A stretch of DNA of 64,000 bases from Dehalococcoidia bacterium (GTDB taxonomy: Bacteria > Chloroflexota > Dehalococcoidia > Plut-88900). The stretch covers positions 288,001-352,000 of the forward strand of contig OZ240219.1 of the NCBI GenBank assembly GCA_965197645.1. Direction: 5' to 3'. A model generated the notes under the pieces. It did not search any database. It saw only the letters and a program-made list of their open reading frames with translations, and was not told where the DNA came from. Shown in pieces: positions 39,878 to 48,778 of the stretch. The number at the start of each line of letters is the position of its first letter. The stretch's first letter is position 1. Position numbers and translations under genes: made by a program.

Positions 39878-40674
39878 GGCGTCCACTTACCCTTCCAGTT
39901 GGGCCGCCAATCGGTCCATGTAGGGGTGGGTTTGGGCTCGATGCCGGTCTCGTACACTTCCACGCCCAGTGAGTGGACCATATTGTCCTCGGGAACGCTG
40001 AAAGCCCGGGTATTATCGGCGTTGGGGCAAACGGACAACGATATCACCAGGTCCATTTCGGCGTAGAACTCGATATAGTCCCCCGGCTTCGAGTCGCTAC
40101 GTGCGGTGTACTTCTTTCCGTCCTCGGGGCTGATGCGCATCTTCTGGAAGACGTCGACGTTGTCGTGAATGTCCTCCTCCGTCAACCCGAAGGGCTCGAT
40201 TCCCTGCAGGAGATTGACGAAGCACCCGTTCAGTCCCGTAAGGCCGTACTTCAGTTCGTACACCTCCGGAGCACAGTGGGTACCCACGAGATGGTGATGG
40301 TAATCGCCGTTGGGCGGCTGGGTAATCACCGTATCTTCGATGCAGGTGGCCATGGGATGCAGCCACGGCACATCGGACCATAGGCGGGAATACGGCCTGA
40401 CGAACCATCCCTCCAACATCCAGGTGCGCATGCCGCCGAAAAACTCCCCGGTGTTGTGGGCGTTCCATAAGCACACGTCGCCGACCTGGGGGCCCTCCGG
40501 CTGGGTGACTCGGAATGTTTGGCCCCTGTCGACTTTGAATCCGCGTCCGTTGAAGGGCGGAATGACAAACTTGTCCAGGAGCTTATGCCCGCTGGCGGCC
40601 CGTACCCTGTCGCAGAACGCCTGGTCCACCTGGTAGCGAGGCTGCATCTCTGATAGGTCTTTGAGCTCCGGCAT
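39874..40674 (-). CDS. DUF1989 / urea-carboxylase-associated family protein
   Basis: EGPQVGD, H...THC...C..NL, SKPGDYIEFYAEMDL...SVCP. Confidence 0.82.
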   Translation of the reverse strand: MPELKDLSEMQPRYQVDQAFCDRVRAASGHKLLDKFVIPPFNGRGFKVDRGQTFRVTQPEGPQVGDVCLWNAHNTGEFFGGMRTWMLEGWFVRPYSRLWSDVPWLHPMATCIEDTVITQPPNGDYHHHLVGTHCAPEVYELKYGLTGLNGCFVNLLQGIEPFGLTEEDIHDNVDVFQKMRISPEDGKKYTARSDSKPGDYIEFYAEMDLVISLSVCPNADNTRAFSVPEDNMVHSLGVEVYETGIEPKPTPTWTDWRPNWKGKWTP

Positions 40675-40822
40675 GTCTCCCCCAATAACACCGATTGTTG
40701 AGCCGATCTGATGCAATGATGAATGTTACCATTTCTTGTTGCCCATACCCTTTGTTGATACAATCGAAGCAAGCTTTCTCGATAGCCCCACCTTTCCAGC
40801 AGACCCCGGAAGGAGACGCGAC

Positions 40823-41863
40823 ATGGACGTGGGAAGCATTTTGACCGGATTGGCCCGCGATGGTGAACCACCCCTGATCGCCCAGCTGTCCCGGGCGGCA
40901 TGGCTTGCGGGTGTAGCACAGACGGCCGTCAGGGTGGACCTGTTTACCAAGTTGAAGGGCAAGAAGCTAAACGCCGCGGGGATAGCTGATCTCATGGGAT
41001 CAGATCCTCGATACACTGGGGGTCTGCTGAACTCCTGCGTATCTATCGGCTTGCTGGAGAAGACCGGCGACCAGTACCAGAATACCCATGAGAGCGACAC
41101 GTACCTGGTCAAAGGGGAGCCACTGTACTACGGTGATAGCCTTACCTACCAGACGGGGTTGTGGCCTCTGCTGGACTCGCTGGACACCGCGGTGCTCACA
41201 GGGGAAGCGATCTCCCACGAGCACGAGTCTGAATCGGAGGAAGAGAAGGCAGCCTACTGGCGTCATTACATGATGGCGATGCATCAGTGGGGCCTTACGG
41301 GACACCAGCAGATGCTGGTCAAGAACACTGACCTGACGGGCAGAAGGCGTATGCTGGACGTGGCCGCTGGATCGGGAGTGTACTCCATGGCCTTCTGCAG
41401 GGAGTACCCGGAGCTTACCTCCGTCATGTTCGATCAGGAAAAGGCGCTGCCCCTTGCGAAATCGCTGATAGAAGCCGAGGGCCTGTCATCGCGTATCTCG
41501 ACGTTAGCCGGCGATTACTATACGGATTCCCTCGGCTCGGGCTACGACGTGGTCCTGTTTTCGGGAGTACTGTGCCAGGAGTCTATCGAGTGGCAGCGCA
41601 AGCTGATGAGACAGGCGTACGAGGGCATGGATTCCGGCGGTCTGGTCATAGTGCACGACGTCATGAAGATGGCCCCCTACAACACCGAGACTTCGCCCCT
41701 AACGGCCATAATGAGCTTCATAATCTCCATAGCCTATGGACGCTCGGCGGGAGTAGGTACCGGGGATGATACCGTGGAGTCCCTCACGTCGGTAGGCTTC
41801 ATCACTCCCGTGCAGACTCCCCTTCCCGGGGTTTTCTCTCTGATCACCGCCCTGAAGCCGTAG
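40823..41863 (+). CDS. SAM-dependent O-methyltransferase (Methyltransf_2 with dimerisation domain)
   Basis: MLDVAAGSG, AGDY, YDVV; AGGAG RBS. Confidence 0.85.
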   Translation: MDVGSILTGLARDGEPPLIAQLSRAAWLAGVAQTAVRVDLFTKLKGKKLNAAGIADLMGSDPRYTGGLLNSCVSIGLLEKTGDQYQNTHESDTYLVKGEPLYYGDSLTYQTGLWPLLDSLDTAVLTGEAISHEHESESEEEKAAYWRHYMMAMHQWGLTGHQQMLVKNTDLTGRRRMLDVAAGSGVYSMAFCREYPELTSVMFDQEKALPLAKSLIEAEGLSSRISTLAGDYYTDSLGSGYDVVLFSGVLCQESIEWQRKLMRQAYEGMDSGGLVIVHDVMKMAPYNTETSPLTAIMSFIISIAYGRSAGVGTGDDTVESLTSVGFITPVQTPLPGVFSLITALKP

Positions 41864-41891
41864 GGGTTCGAACCGAGAGAAGGGAACCGCT

Positions 41892-42242
41892 ATGACCATC
41901 ATCGATAGTAGGCAGGCCTCCGCCCAGGAGTCCTTCCCGGGCATAGACAGGCGGACGTACGTCAACGCCGAGATGGGGGCACAATCTCTCAGTGTGATGG
42001 ACCTGGTGATGTCCGCGTCATCGACGGTGCCGACCCACACCCACCCGACGGAGGAGGCGATGGTGGTGCTGGAGGGTCAGTTGGAGGCCGTCATAGGAGA
42101 CCAGGTAGTGACCGTTCAGCCGGGCCAGACCGTCCTGGCTTCGGCGGGCGTCTCGCATGGGCTGACCAACAAGTCGGGAGCCGATGCCCGCATCATGGCC
42201 ATCTTCCCCACGGGCACTGTCGAACGCACCCTCGTGAATTGA
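41892..42242 (+). CDS. Cupin_2 protein
   Basis: PTHTHPTEE..VLEG and GVSHG. Confidence 0.88.
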   Translation: MTIIDSRQASAQESFPGIDRRTYVNAEMGAQSLSVMDLVMSASSTVPTHTHPTEEAMVVLEGQLEAVIGDQVVTVQPGQTVLASAGVSHGLTNKSGADARIMAIFPTGTVERTLVN

Positions 42243-42250
42243 GCTGCGGC

Positions 42251-43114
42251 TTACGTTTCGCGTCGCTCCGGTAGTGCGGCGTGGGTTCCGAGGACAAGTC
42301 CGGCCTCGTGCACCTGAGCTACAAGAGAGTCCCATAGCCCACGCAATTCCTCTCTGGTGCGCTGGCGCCGCGGCCCTTTCTGAGCCTGCCAACTCCTCGG
42401 GTTGAAGTACTCACTCGGAAGGCCGATCACCGGACGTGGAAAGCCTGCATCGCCGTGCGCCGGCATCGCGGGGAAGAAGCTGAACATACCCTCTACCGGA
42501 TTGTCGGGTGTTGCTCCCATGTAGAGCCTGAACGAGGCCCTCTCGTTGTCCGTAATGGGGCCGCCGGTTACCGTGAGGAATGCCTCAGGCGCGGCGTCCT
42601 CTAGCGTCGAGCGCGCCTCCGGTGCCCTGTAGGTGAGGGAATCCGCGACCACGAGCACGGTGTCGAGCACCCACCTACGTTCGCCAGCTATTTTCCTTCC
42701 GCTCCCAAACGCGATCACCGTGCCTCGTCCGAGGTGCGCCAGGCTCGGGACGCTCCCCTGTTTGCAGTTTGAATACAGGAACCGCTCGCCGAAGATGAAC
42801 GGATCGGTGTTGTGCAACAATCGATAGTTGCTTTTGGGGACGTAGTATGGACTCCAGAGATAGCCAGGATACTGCCGGTCCTGTCGGGGTTGCTGGAGCT
42901 TGGAGGTGAGGTCCGATTCGGCTTCCCACTCGCCCCAAGCACGGAGGCTGCCGCTCCGTTCGGTGCCGTCTCCTTCGATCCATTTGCCGCGGAACTCCAT
43001 GAACTTGCGAGCGTGACTGTTGGGGAGAGTGTTCCAACCCTTCCTTCCGTTGGGATCGGGTTCATGCTCTCCGCCCGGATGAGGGAATTGAACAAAGCAC
43101 CTGTTATCGGTCAC
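42251..43114 (-). CDS. Hypothetical protein, possibly nucleotide-modification-associated (Nmad-like)
   Basis: GTG start with GGAGG RBS overlapping the upstream stop; motifs HPGGEH, WGEWE, NTDPFIFG..FLYSNCKQ. Confidence 0.6.
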   Translation of the reverse strand: MTDNRCFVQFPHPGGEHEPDPNGRKGWNTLPNSHARKFMEFRGKWIEGDGTERSGSLRAWGEWEAESDLTSKLQQPRQDRQYPGYLWSPYYVPKSNYRLLHNTDPFIFGERFLYSNCKQGSVPSLAHLGRGTVIAFGSGRKIAGERRWVLDTVLVVADSLTYRAPEARSTLEDAAPEAFLTVTGGPITDNERASFRLYMGATPDNPVEGMFSFFPAMPAHGDAGFPRPVIGLPSEYFNPRSWQAQKGPRRQRTREELRGLWDSLVAQVHEAGLVLGTHAALPERRET

Positions 43115-43880
43115 GGTGAAATACCTCCAATGCGGTCGCGCCTGCTTCTCGCTTCTGGATGTTGCCCAGCCGGCCAAGGGGCTTCTGCGCTGCGGGGATG
43201 AAGACAAAAAGTGATGGTTTGCTGCTGATCTCGCACCAGCGTACAGAAACACTCACAGGTCGTTTGCGGGGTGTGCCCTGCCCTGTTCGGTCAAACAGGT
43301 GGACGACTTGCCACCCGTTCAGGAAATTGAATTGAATGCGCGATAGATGGTGGCGCGCAACAGACAGTATCACTATTTGCGGTCGCAGCACTTTCAGTAA
43401 GGCGTGCCAGAGCGGACCGCCGTCCTTCTCGAGAGTCTCCCGCACCGTTGGGTCGAGGCGGCTCCATGTCGGGTCGGTGGCGACGGAAGAGCAGATGTCG
43501 GTATGGAGGACTGTCGAGGACTGCCCCTGATAGTAGCTCGCCTCCATGCCGTTAAGCAGCGGCTCGAACGCGCTGAACCAACCTCTATACGGATCGGTAC
43601 GGAAGTAGGCCGAGAGCGCGTCCAGGTAGCGGTCCGGCTCACTTGCCGTAACGCTCTCAGCTAGCGGGAACCGCCGGAAGGGGGACTCCGTTGGGAACTC
43701 GTGCAACGAGGGATTTAAGCCTACGGTCAGGATGCGTACCCTTGAAGAAAAGTAAACGTGAAGGTCGCCAAAGAACAGTATCGGGATGGAAGGACTGACG
43801 CGTGATGGCAGGGCGTCTGCGCGCTCGAATGCGCTCCACGCCCCCGCCACCACCTGGCTAAGGGTTGCCATCTCCTTCAA
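43104..43880 (-). CDS. Uracil-DNA-glycosylase-superfamily-like protein
   Basis: P..FFGD...RILTVGLNPS..EF motif-A-like segment, HTD, LRPQIVIL; start uncertain. Confidence 0.62.
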   Translation of the reverse strand: MKEMATLSQVVAGAWSAFERADALPSRVSPSIPILFFGDLHVYFSSRVRILTVGLNPSLHEFPTESPFRRFPLAESVTASEPDRYLDALSAYFRTDPYRGWFSAFEPLLNGMEASYYQGQSSTVLHTDICSSVATDPTWSRLDPTVRETLEKDGGPLWHALLKVLRPQIVILSVARHHLSRIQFNFLNGWQVVHLFDRTGQGTPRKRPVSVSVRWCEISSKPSLFVFIPAAQKPLGRLGNIQKREAGATALEVFHRDR

Positions 43881-43889
43881 AAAAGACCC

Positions 43890-43916
43890 ACAAGGACCTG
43901 CGTTGCAGGTCCTTGT
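43890..43916 (-). terminator. Perfect 12-bp hairpin followed by a T6 tract on the minus strand
   Basis: ACAAGGACCTGC-GTT-GCAGGTCCTTGT; function uncertain. Confidence 0.4.
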
Positions 43917-44099
43917 CCTCCTTCAACGCCATGAAAGGATAATACCCGATGGTGCCTCCCGCGTGGAACATTGCGGATGGCCCTAACCCATGCCTGCTTT
44001 CTTGCGGCAGCCCCCCGGCGTAACCTGCGACGCCGAAATGCAGCCCCAATCGTGATACAATCGGGCTGGAAGCCAACTCACGTCTCAAGGGAGGGCGAC

Positions 44100-44603
44100 A
44101 TGAGCTACAAACCAAAGGGACTGGGACACGTGAACATCTACGTGCGGAACGTGGAGCGGTCAGAGCAGTGGTATCGGGACCTACTGGGTTTGCACACCTA
44201 TGACTTTGCGCCCGGAGAAGCCGCCTTCATGTCGGCCGACCCGGAGGTCTCCCACGAAATCGCCCTGATAGAGGTGGGCGACGACGCCCTCGGGCCGCAG
44301 CAGGCGCAGGTTGGGCTGAACCACATGGCCTGGTACATGCACAATCTGGACGACTTGAAGGAGCTGTATCTCAGGGTCAAAGCAATGAACATACCCATTG
44401 AGACCGTGTCCGACCACGGCCTCTCCATAGGCATCTATATCCACGACCCAGACGGCAACGGCATCGAGCTCTCCTACGAGTTGCCCCGCAGCGAATGGGG
44501 CCGGGAGGAGAACATCTTCATGGGCGGCGACTTCACCCAGATGGGCCGCTTCCCGGGACCGTGGGACGAAGAGCTCGTCAAGGACGCCGCTACCACGACC
44601 TAG
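44100..44603 (+). CDS. VOC family protein (extradiol-dioxygenase-like domain)
   Basis: LGHVNI, GLNHMAW, DHG, IY..DPDGNGIEL. Confidence 0.88.
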   Translation: MSYKPKGLGHVNIYVRNVERSEQWYRDLLGLHTYDFAPGEAAFMSADPEVSHEIALIEVGDDALGPQQAQVGLNHMAWYMHNLDDLKELYLRVKAMNIPIETVSDHGLSIGIYIHDPDGNGIELSYELPRSEWGREENIFMGGDFTQMGRFPGPWDEELVKDAATTT

Positions 44604-44742
44604 CCCGGGCCTGCGAGGAGCTGAAAATCCTACGATGGACTGATGCCCAGCGGTTACCGACAATAGCTCGCTCTGTATGGTCCACAAACAGAGCCACTTT
44701 GACTTCACGTTTCCCTGTTCACAACCGATTAAGGAGTGACAC

Positions 44743-45495
44743 ATGACAGGCAGCTTCGAGAACAAGATAGCTCTGGTTACGGGAGGAAGCTCGGGGATCG
44801 GGCGGGCCACGGCCCTGGTCTTCGCCAGAGAAGGCGCTAAAGTCGTAGTGGCTGATGTCGGGACCGAAGGAGGGGAGGAGACGGTGGGGATGATAGGGGA
44901 GAACGGTGGCGACGCTACGTTCCTGAAGGTCGACGTGTCCAGGCGGGACGAAGTCGAGTCGATGGTGAACAGCGTAGTGGAAACTCACGGCCGGCTGGAC
45001 TGTGCCTTCAATGCCGCCGGTATCGAAGGGCCGGTGGGCCTGGGAATAGACTACTCCGAAGAAGATTGGGACCGAATCATCGACATCAACTTGAAGGGTG
45101 TTTGGCTGTGCATGAAGTATGAGATTCCTGCGCTGCTCGAGGGTGGTGGCGGGGCCATCGTGAACGTGTCATCGGTTAGCGGGCTGGAGGGCAGCGAGAT
45201 GATGGCGGCCTACTCGGCCAGTAAGCACGGAGTGGCCGGACTTACCCGGGCCTTCGCCAACGAGTACGGGGGAAACGGCATCAGGGTCAATGCGGTGTGC
45301 CCGGGCGACATCGACACGCCCATGGCAGAGCGGCTTCGCGCCGCGAGGCTGGAGGACTGGGGCACGGGCCGGATTCCCATTGGGCGCGCCGCCCCTCCGG
45401 CAGAAGTTGGGGAAGTGGCCGTGTGGCTCTGCTCGGAGGCGGCATCCTACGTCAACGGCATCCTCATGCCAGTGGACGGTGGATACATGGCCTGA
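44743..45495 (+). CDS. Short-chain dehydrogenase/reductase
   Basis: TGGSSGIG, YSASK, IRVNAVCPG, VDGG. Confidence 0.92.
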   Translation: MTGSFENKIALVTGGSSGIGRATALVFAREGAKVVVADVGTEGGEETVGMIGENGGDATFLKVDVSRRDEVESMVNSVVETHGRLDCAFNAAGIEGPVGLGIDYSEEDWDRIIDINLKGVWLCMKYEIPALLEGGGGAIVNVSSVSGLEGSEMMAAYSASKHGVAGLTRAFANEYGGNGIRVNAVCPGDIDTPMAERLRAARLEDWGTGRIPIGRAAPPAEVGEVAVWLCSEAASYVNGILMPVDGGYMA

Positions 45496-45507
45496 CGGTT
45501 GGCAGAA

Positions 45508-45584
45508 TGGTCGGGGCGCCGGGATTTGAACCCGGGACCTCATCGTCCCGAACGATGCGCGCTACCAAACTGCGCCACGCCCCG
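45508..45584 (-). tRNA. tRNA-Pro(CGG)
   Basis: CGGGGCG acceptor stem, anticodon arm CATCG-TTCGGGA-CGATG, GTTCAAATC, CCA; TATAAT upstream at 45606-45611. Confidence 0.96.
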
Positions 45585-45730
45585 TCTGCAAACAGGTCAA
45601 GCAACATTATAGCCCCTCCTGTCCACTGCCCTTGCACCTGTCTTCTTTTCCCACAACAAAAAGCACTAGTCGTGTAGAATGGGCTTGTTGCTGTGTTTAC
45701 TCGAACTGCCGCCAAGCTAGCCCGAACCAG

Positions 45731-46648
45731 ATGAACAATCGACCAACCAGGGTGACCCTTCGGGCCCCGGCCACCACGGCCAACATGGGGCCAGGTTTCG
45801 ACTCTATGGGCATGGCCTTGGACATTTTCAACACCGTTTCGGTAGAGCCGGCCGATTCGCTCCGGATATCCATTACCGGACACGGCAGCGATCTCCTCAG
45901 CCGGGACCAGGACAACATGGTCTACCGGGGCTTCGAGGCCGTTTACCGGGAGACTGGCACTACGACACCTCTCGTACACCTGTCCTGCCACAACGAAATT
46001 CCCCTCAGGAGAGGGCTGGGAAGCAGCGCCGCGGCCGTCACCACCGGCCTCGTGGCGGGGAATGTACTGAGCGGCGCCGGCCTATCCACCGAAGCGTTGC
46101 TCTCCCTCGCCGACGCCATCGAGGGCCATCCCGACAACGCCGCGCCCGCTCTCTTCGGCGGCTGCCAGATAGTGATCAGAGATGGTGGGAGGTTGGAATC
46201 CCACCCGGTTCCCATCAAAGACCGGGTCTCGGCCGTCCTCCTCATCCCGGAGTTTGAAATCCCCACCGATGCGGCCAGGGCGGCGCTGCCAAAACAGGTG
46301 GACATGGGAGATGCCGTGTTCAACGTCGGCCGGGCCGCATTGATGTGCGTTGCCCTGTCAACGGGGCGTAACGGCGCCCTGAGGCTGGCCAGCCAGGACT
46401 CGCTGCATCAACCCCACAGGGCCCATCTCTTTCCCCCGATGCAGAAGGTCTTCTGCGCTGCTCTCGAGGCTGGGGCTGACGGCGTGTTCCTTTCCGGCAG
46501 CGGCTCGACGATACTGGCCCTCGCCACCGATAACGAGTCCAGCATAGCCAAGGCCATGCTGGATATCTGCGTCGGGGAAGGCGTCCAGGGTACGACCCGC
46601 ATCGCTCATCCCTGCCCCACCGGCGTAACCGTTGTGGAGGAGAGATAG
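45731..46648 (+). CDS. thrB: Homoserine kinase
   Basis: PATTANMGPGFD, IPLRRGLGSSAA, EGHPDN, LSGSG. Confidence 0.95.
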   Translation: MNNRPTRVTLRAPATTANMGPGFDSMGMALDIFNTVSVEPADSLRISITGHGSDLLSRDQDNMVYRGFEAVYRETGTTTPLVHLSCHNEIPLRRGLGSSAAAVTTGLVAGNVLSGAGLSTEALLSLADAIEGHPDNAAPALFGGCQIVIRDGGRLESHPVPIKDRVSAVLLIPEFEIPTDAARAALPKQVDMGDAVFNVGRAALMCVALSTGRNGALRLASQDSLHQPHRAHLFPPMQKVFCAALEAGADGVFLSGSGSTILALATDNESSIAKAMLDICVGEGVQGTTRIAHPCPTGVTVVEER

Positions 46649-46650
46649 CG

Positions 46651-47874
46651 TTGGCGCTTCTGGTACAGAAGTACGGCGGTTCCTCCGTAGCCGACTCCCA
46701 GCTAATCGTCAACGTGGCCAAACGCATAGTCTCGACGGCGAAGAAGGGGAACCAGGTGGTGGTTGTCGTCTCGGCGATGGGGGACACCACCGACGAGCTG
46801 ATCAACCTCGCTCACCAGATAACCGACGACCCCGCACCTCGTGAGCTGGACGTACTGCTGTCCACCGGCGAGATGGTCTCCAGCACCCTGATGTCCATGG
46901 CTATCAGGAACCTCGGCCACGAGGCCATCAGTCTCAGCGGCGCCCAGGCCGGCATCCGGACCGATTCCGCCTACAGCAGCGCTCGGATCACCGCCGTAGA
47001 AGTGGAAAGACTTCTGAAGGAGCTGGAAAAGGGCAAGATCGTCATCGTCGCCGGGTTTCAGGGCATCACGCCGGACATGGACGTGACCACCCTCGGACGG
47101 GGAGGCTCCGACACCAGTGCCGTCGCCCTGGCGGCGGCCCTCAACGCCAGCCAGTGCGAGATATACACAGACGTTAGAGGCGTCTTTACAGCCGACCCAC
47201 GGGTTGTGCCCGGCTCCCTTCAACTCGACCAGATAAGCTTCGAAGAGATGCTGGAGCTGGCCAGCTATGGCGCCGTCGTGCTTCACCCCCGGGCGGTGGA
47301 GCTGGGCGCCGCCTACAACATCCCCATCCTGGTTGCCTCCAGCTTTGAGGACGTGCCGGGTACTTTGATACATGGAGGTGAGTCCTTGGAGGTCAGAAAC
47401 AAGCTCAGCGGCATAGCTCTAGATACCGACGTGGCCAAGATAACCATACTGGGAGTGCCGGACAGGCCGGGCATAGCCGCCTCCATATTCGAACCCCTCG
47501 CCGACTCCGGCATCAGCGTCGACACGATAGTCCAGAACGCCAGCACCGAAAACGTCACCGATGTAACGCTGACCGTCTCTCGAAAAGACCTGAAACAGGC
47601 CGAGGTGCTGATGAAGCCGATCTCCGAGACCCTGGGCAGCAGTGGGTTCGTTTCGGACCCGGACCTGGCCAAGGTCAGCATAGTGGGCACCGGCATGCAG
47701 AACGCCCCGGGCTACGCCTCCCGCATGTTCCGGGCGCTGTACGATGCCAACATCAACATCGAGCTGATCACCACCGCCGAGATCCGAATCACCTGCATAG
47801 TCGGCTTGTCCAAGGCAAACGAGGCAGTCGAGGCCCTTCACAACGCTTTCGTCCTGGAGAAGATGGAGGGTTAG
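46651..47874 (+). CDS. lysC: Aspartate kinase
   Basis: VQKYGGSSV, VVSAMG, TLGRGGSD, two ACT domains. Confidence 0.95.
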   Translation: MALLVQKYGGSSVADSQLIVNVAKRIVSTAKKGNQVVVVVSAMGDTTDELINLAHQITDDPAPRELDVLLSTGEMVSSTLMSMAIRNLGHEAISLSGAQAGIRTDSAYSSARITAVEVERLLKELEKGKIVIVAGFQGITPDMDVTTLGRGGSDTSAVALAAALNASQCEIYTDVRGVFTADPRVVPGSLQLDQISFEEMLELASYGAVVLHPRAVELGAAYNIPILVASSFEDVPGTLIHGGESLEVRNKLSGIALDTDVAKITILGVPDRPGIAASIFEPLADSGISVDTIVQNASTENVTDVTLTVSRKDLKQAEVLMKPISETLGSSGFVSDPDLAKVSIVGTGMQNAPGYASRMFRALYDANINIELITTAEIRITCIVGLSKANEAVEALHNAFVLEKMEG

Positions 47875-48098
47875 GCCCCGGTTTTACAGGCGCCCGGATA
47901 GGAGGCGTGTAGAGCGCCACCTTGCATTTCTCCATTCAGATACGGAGCGGCATTTAGTTCTCCGTCGGACGGTGGCATCGTACCCTGAAATCCTTTTGCG
48001 GGATTTAGTTGTGCCGGGGGTTATTCCGGAAATTGGGTCTCTGACCCCTTGATTCCTTCCCGGAGACGTTCCAAAATCCAGGGAAAAAGAGGCAGCCA

Positions 48099-48533
48099 AT
48101 GAGTTCCGTAGAAAACATACTTAAGGACAGCCGAACGGTTGCTGTGGTGGGGCTTTCGCCCAAGCAGCACCGGGACAGCCACGAGGTCGCCAAGTATCTC
48201 CAGGACCAGGGCTACCGCATCATCCCTGTGAATCCCAAGGCCGAGGAGGTCTTGAACGAAAAGTGCTACCCGGACCTGGAGTCCGTCCCGGACAAGATAG
48301 ACGTGGTGGACATCTTCAGACGCTCGGAGGACGTGCCGCCGATAGTCGACCAAGCCATCTGCATCGGTGCTTCAACGGTATGGATGCAACTGGGCATCGT
48401 GAACGAAGAAGCCGCTGCCAAGGCTGAAGCCGCGGGGCTGAACGTTATCATGGATAGATGCACGCTCGTGGAGCACAAACGGCTGGTCCGGGAGGGTAAA
48501 CTGCCCCGAAAACCCGGCGCACTGACAGACTGA
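48099..48533 (+). CDS. CoA-binding protein (YccU-like)
   Basis: AVVGLS, IIPVNP, VDIFR, WMQLG, MDRC. Confidence 0.92.
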   Translation: MSSVENILKDSRTVAVVGLSPKQHRDSHEVAKYLQDQGYRIIPVNPKAEEVLNEKCYPDLESVPDKIDVVDIFRRSEDVPPIVDQAICIGASTVWMQLGIVNEEAAAKAEAAGLNVIMDRCTLVEHKRLVREGKLPRKPGALTD

Positions 48534-48718
48534 TGAAAAATGGGGTATGCAGAGGAGCGAAGCAAATAGTTCTGAGACTGCCTGCTTGGGGCCGGGAGTC
48601 TGAGAGCCTGCCCTGAGCCCGCCGAAGGGGCGTCCCTCAGGAACAATCTCTTTATCTTCCTCCTTCCTGGCCAGGAAGGGGGCTAGGGGGATGGTCGGAA
48701 CGGTTTTACAGTACCCTG
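48526..48718. mobile_element. MITE (193 bp), copy 2, with nested REP-like insert
   Basis: Degenerate TIR CAGACTGATGAAAAA / TTTTACAGTACCCTG; colinear with 37018-37187 plus an extra GCCTGCCCTGAGCCCGCCGAAGGG. Confidence 0.7.
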
Positions 48719-48726
48719 CCAAACCC

Positions 48727-48755
48727 TTGAAATAGTGAACGCCAGTGGATAGAAT
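48727..48755 (+). promoter_or_regulatory. Sigma70-type promoter
   Basis: TTGAAA-N17-TAGAAT upstream of the TPR gene. Confidence 0.55.
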
Positions 48756-48778
48756 GCACCATCCCCGCAGGGGCGATT

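Noticed and set aside
47916-47976. Nested hairpin GCCACC/GGTGGC with ACGGAG/CTCCGT after lysC
   Set aside because: Short GC stems are expected by chance; downstream of lysC so not a lysine riboswitch; no family features
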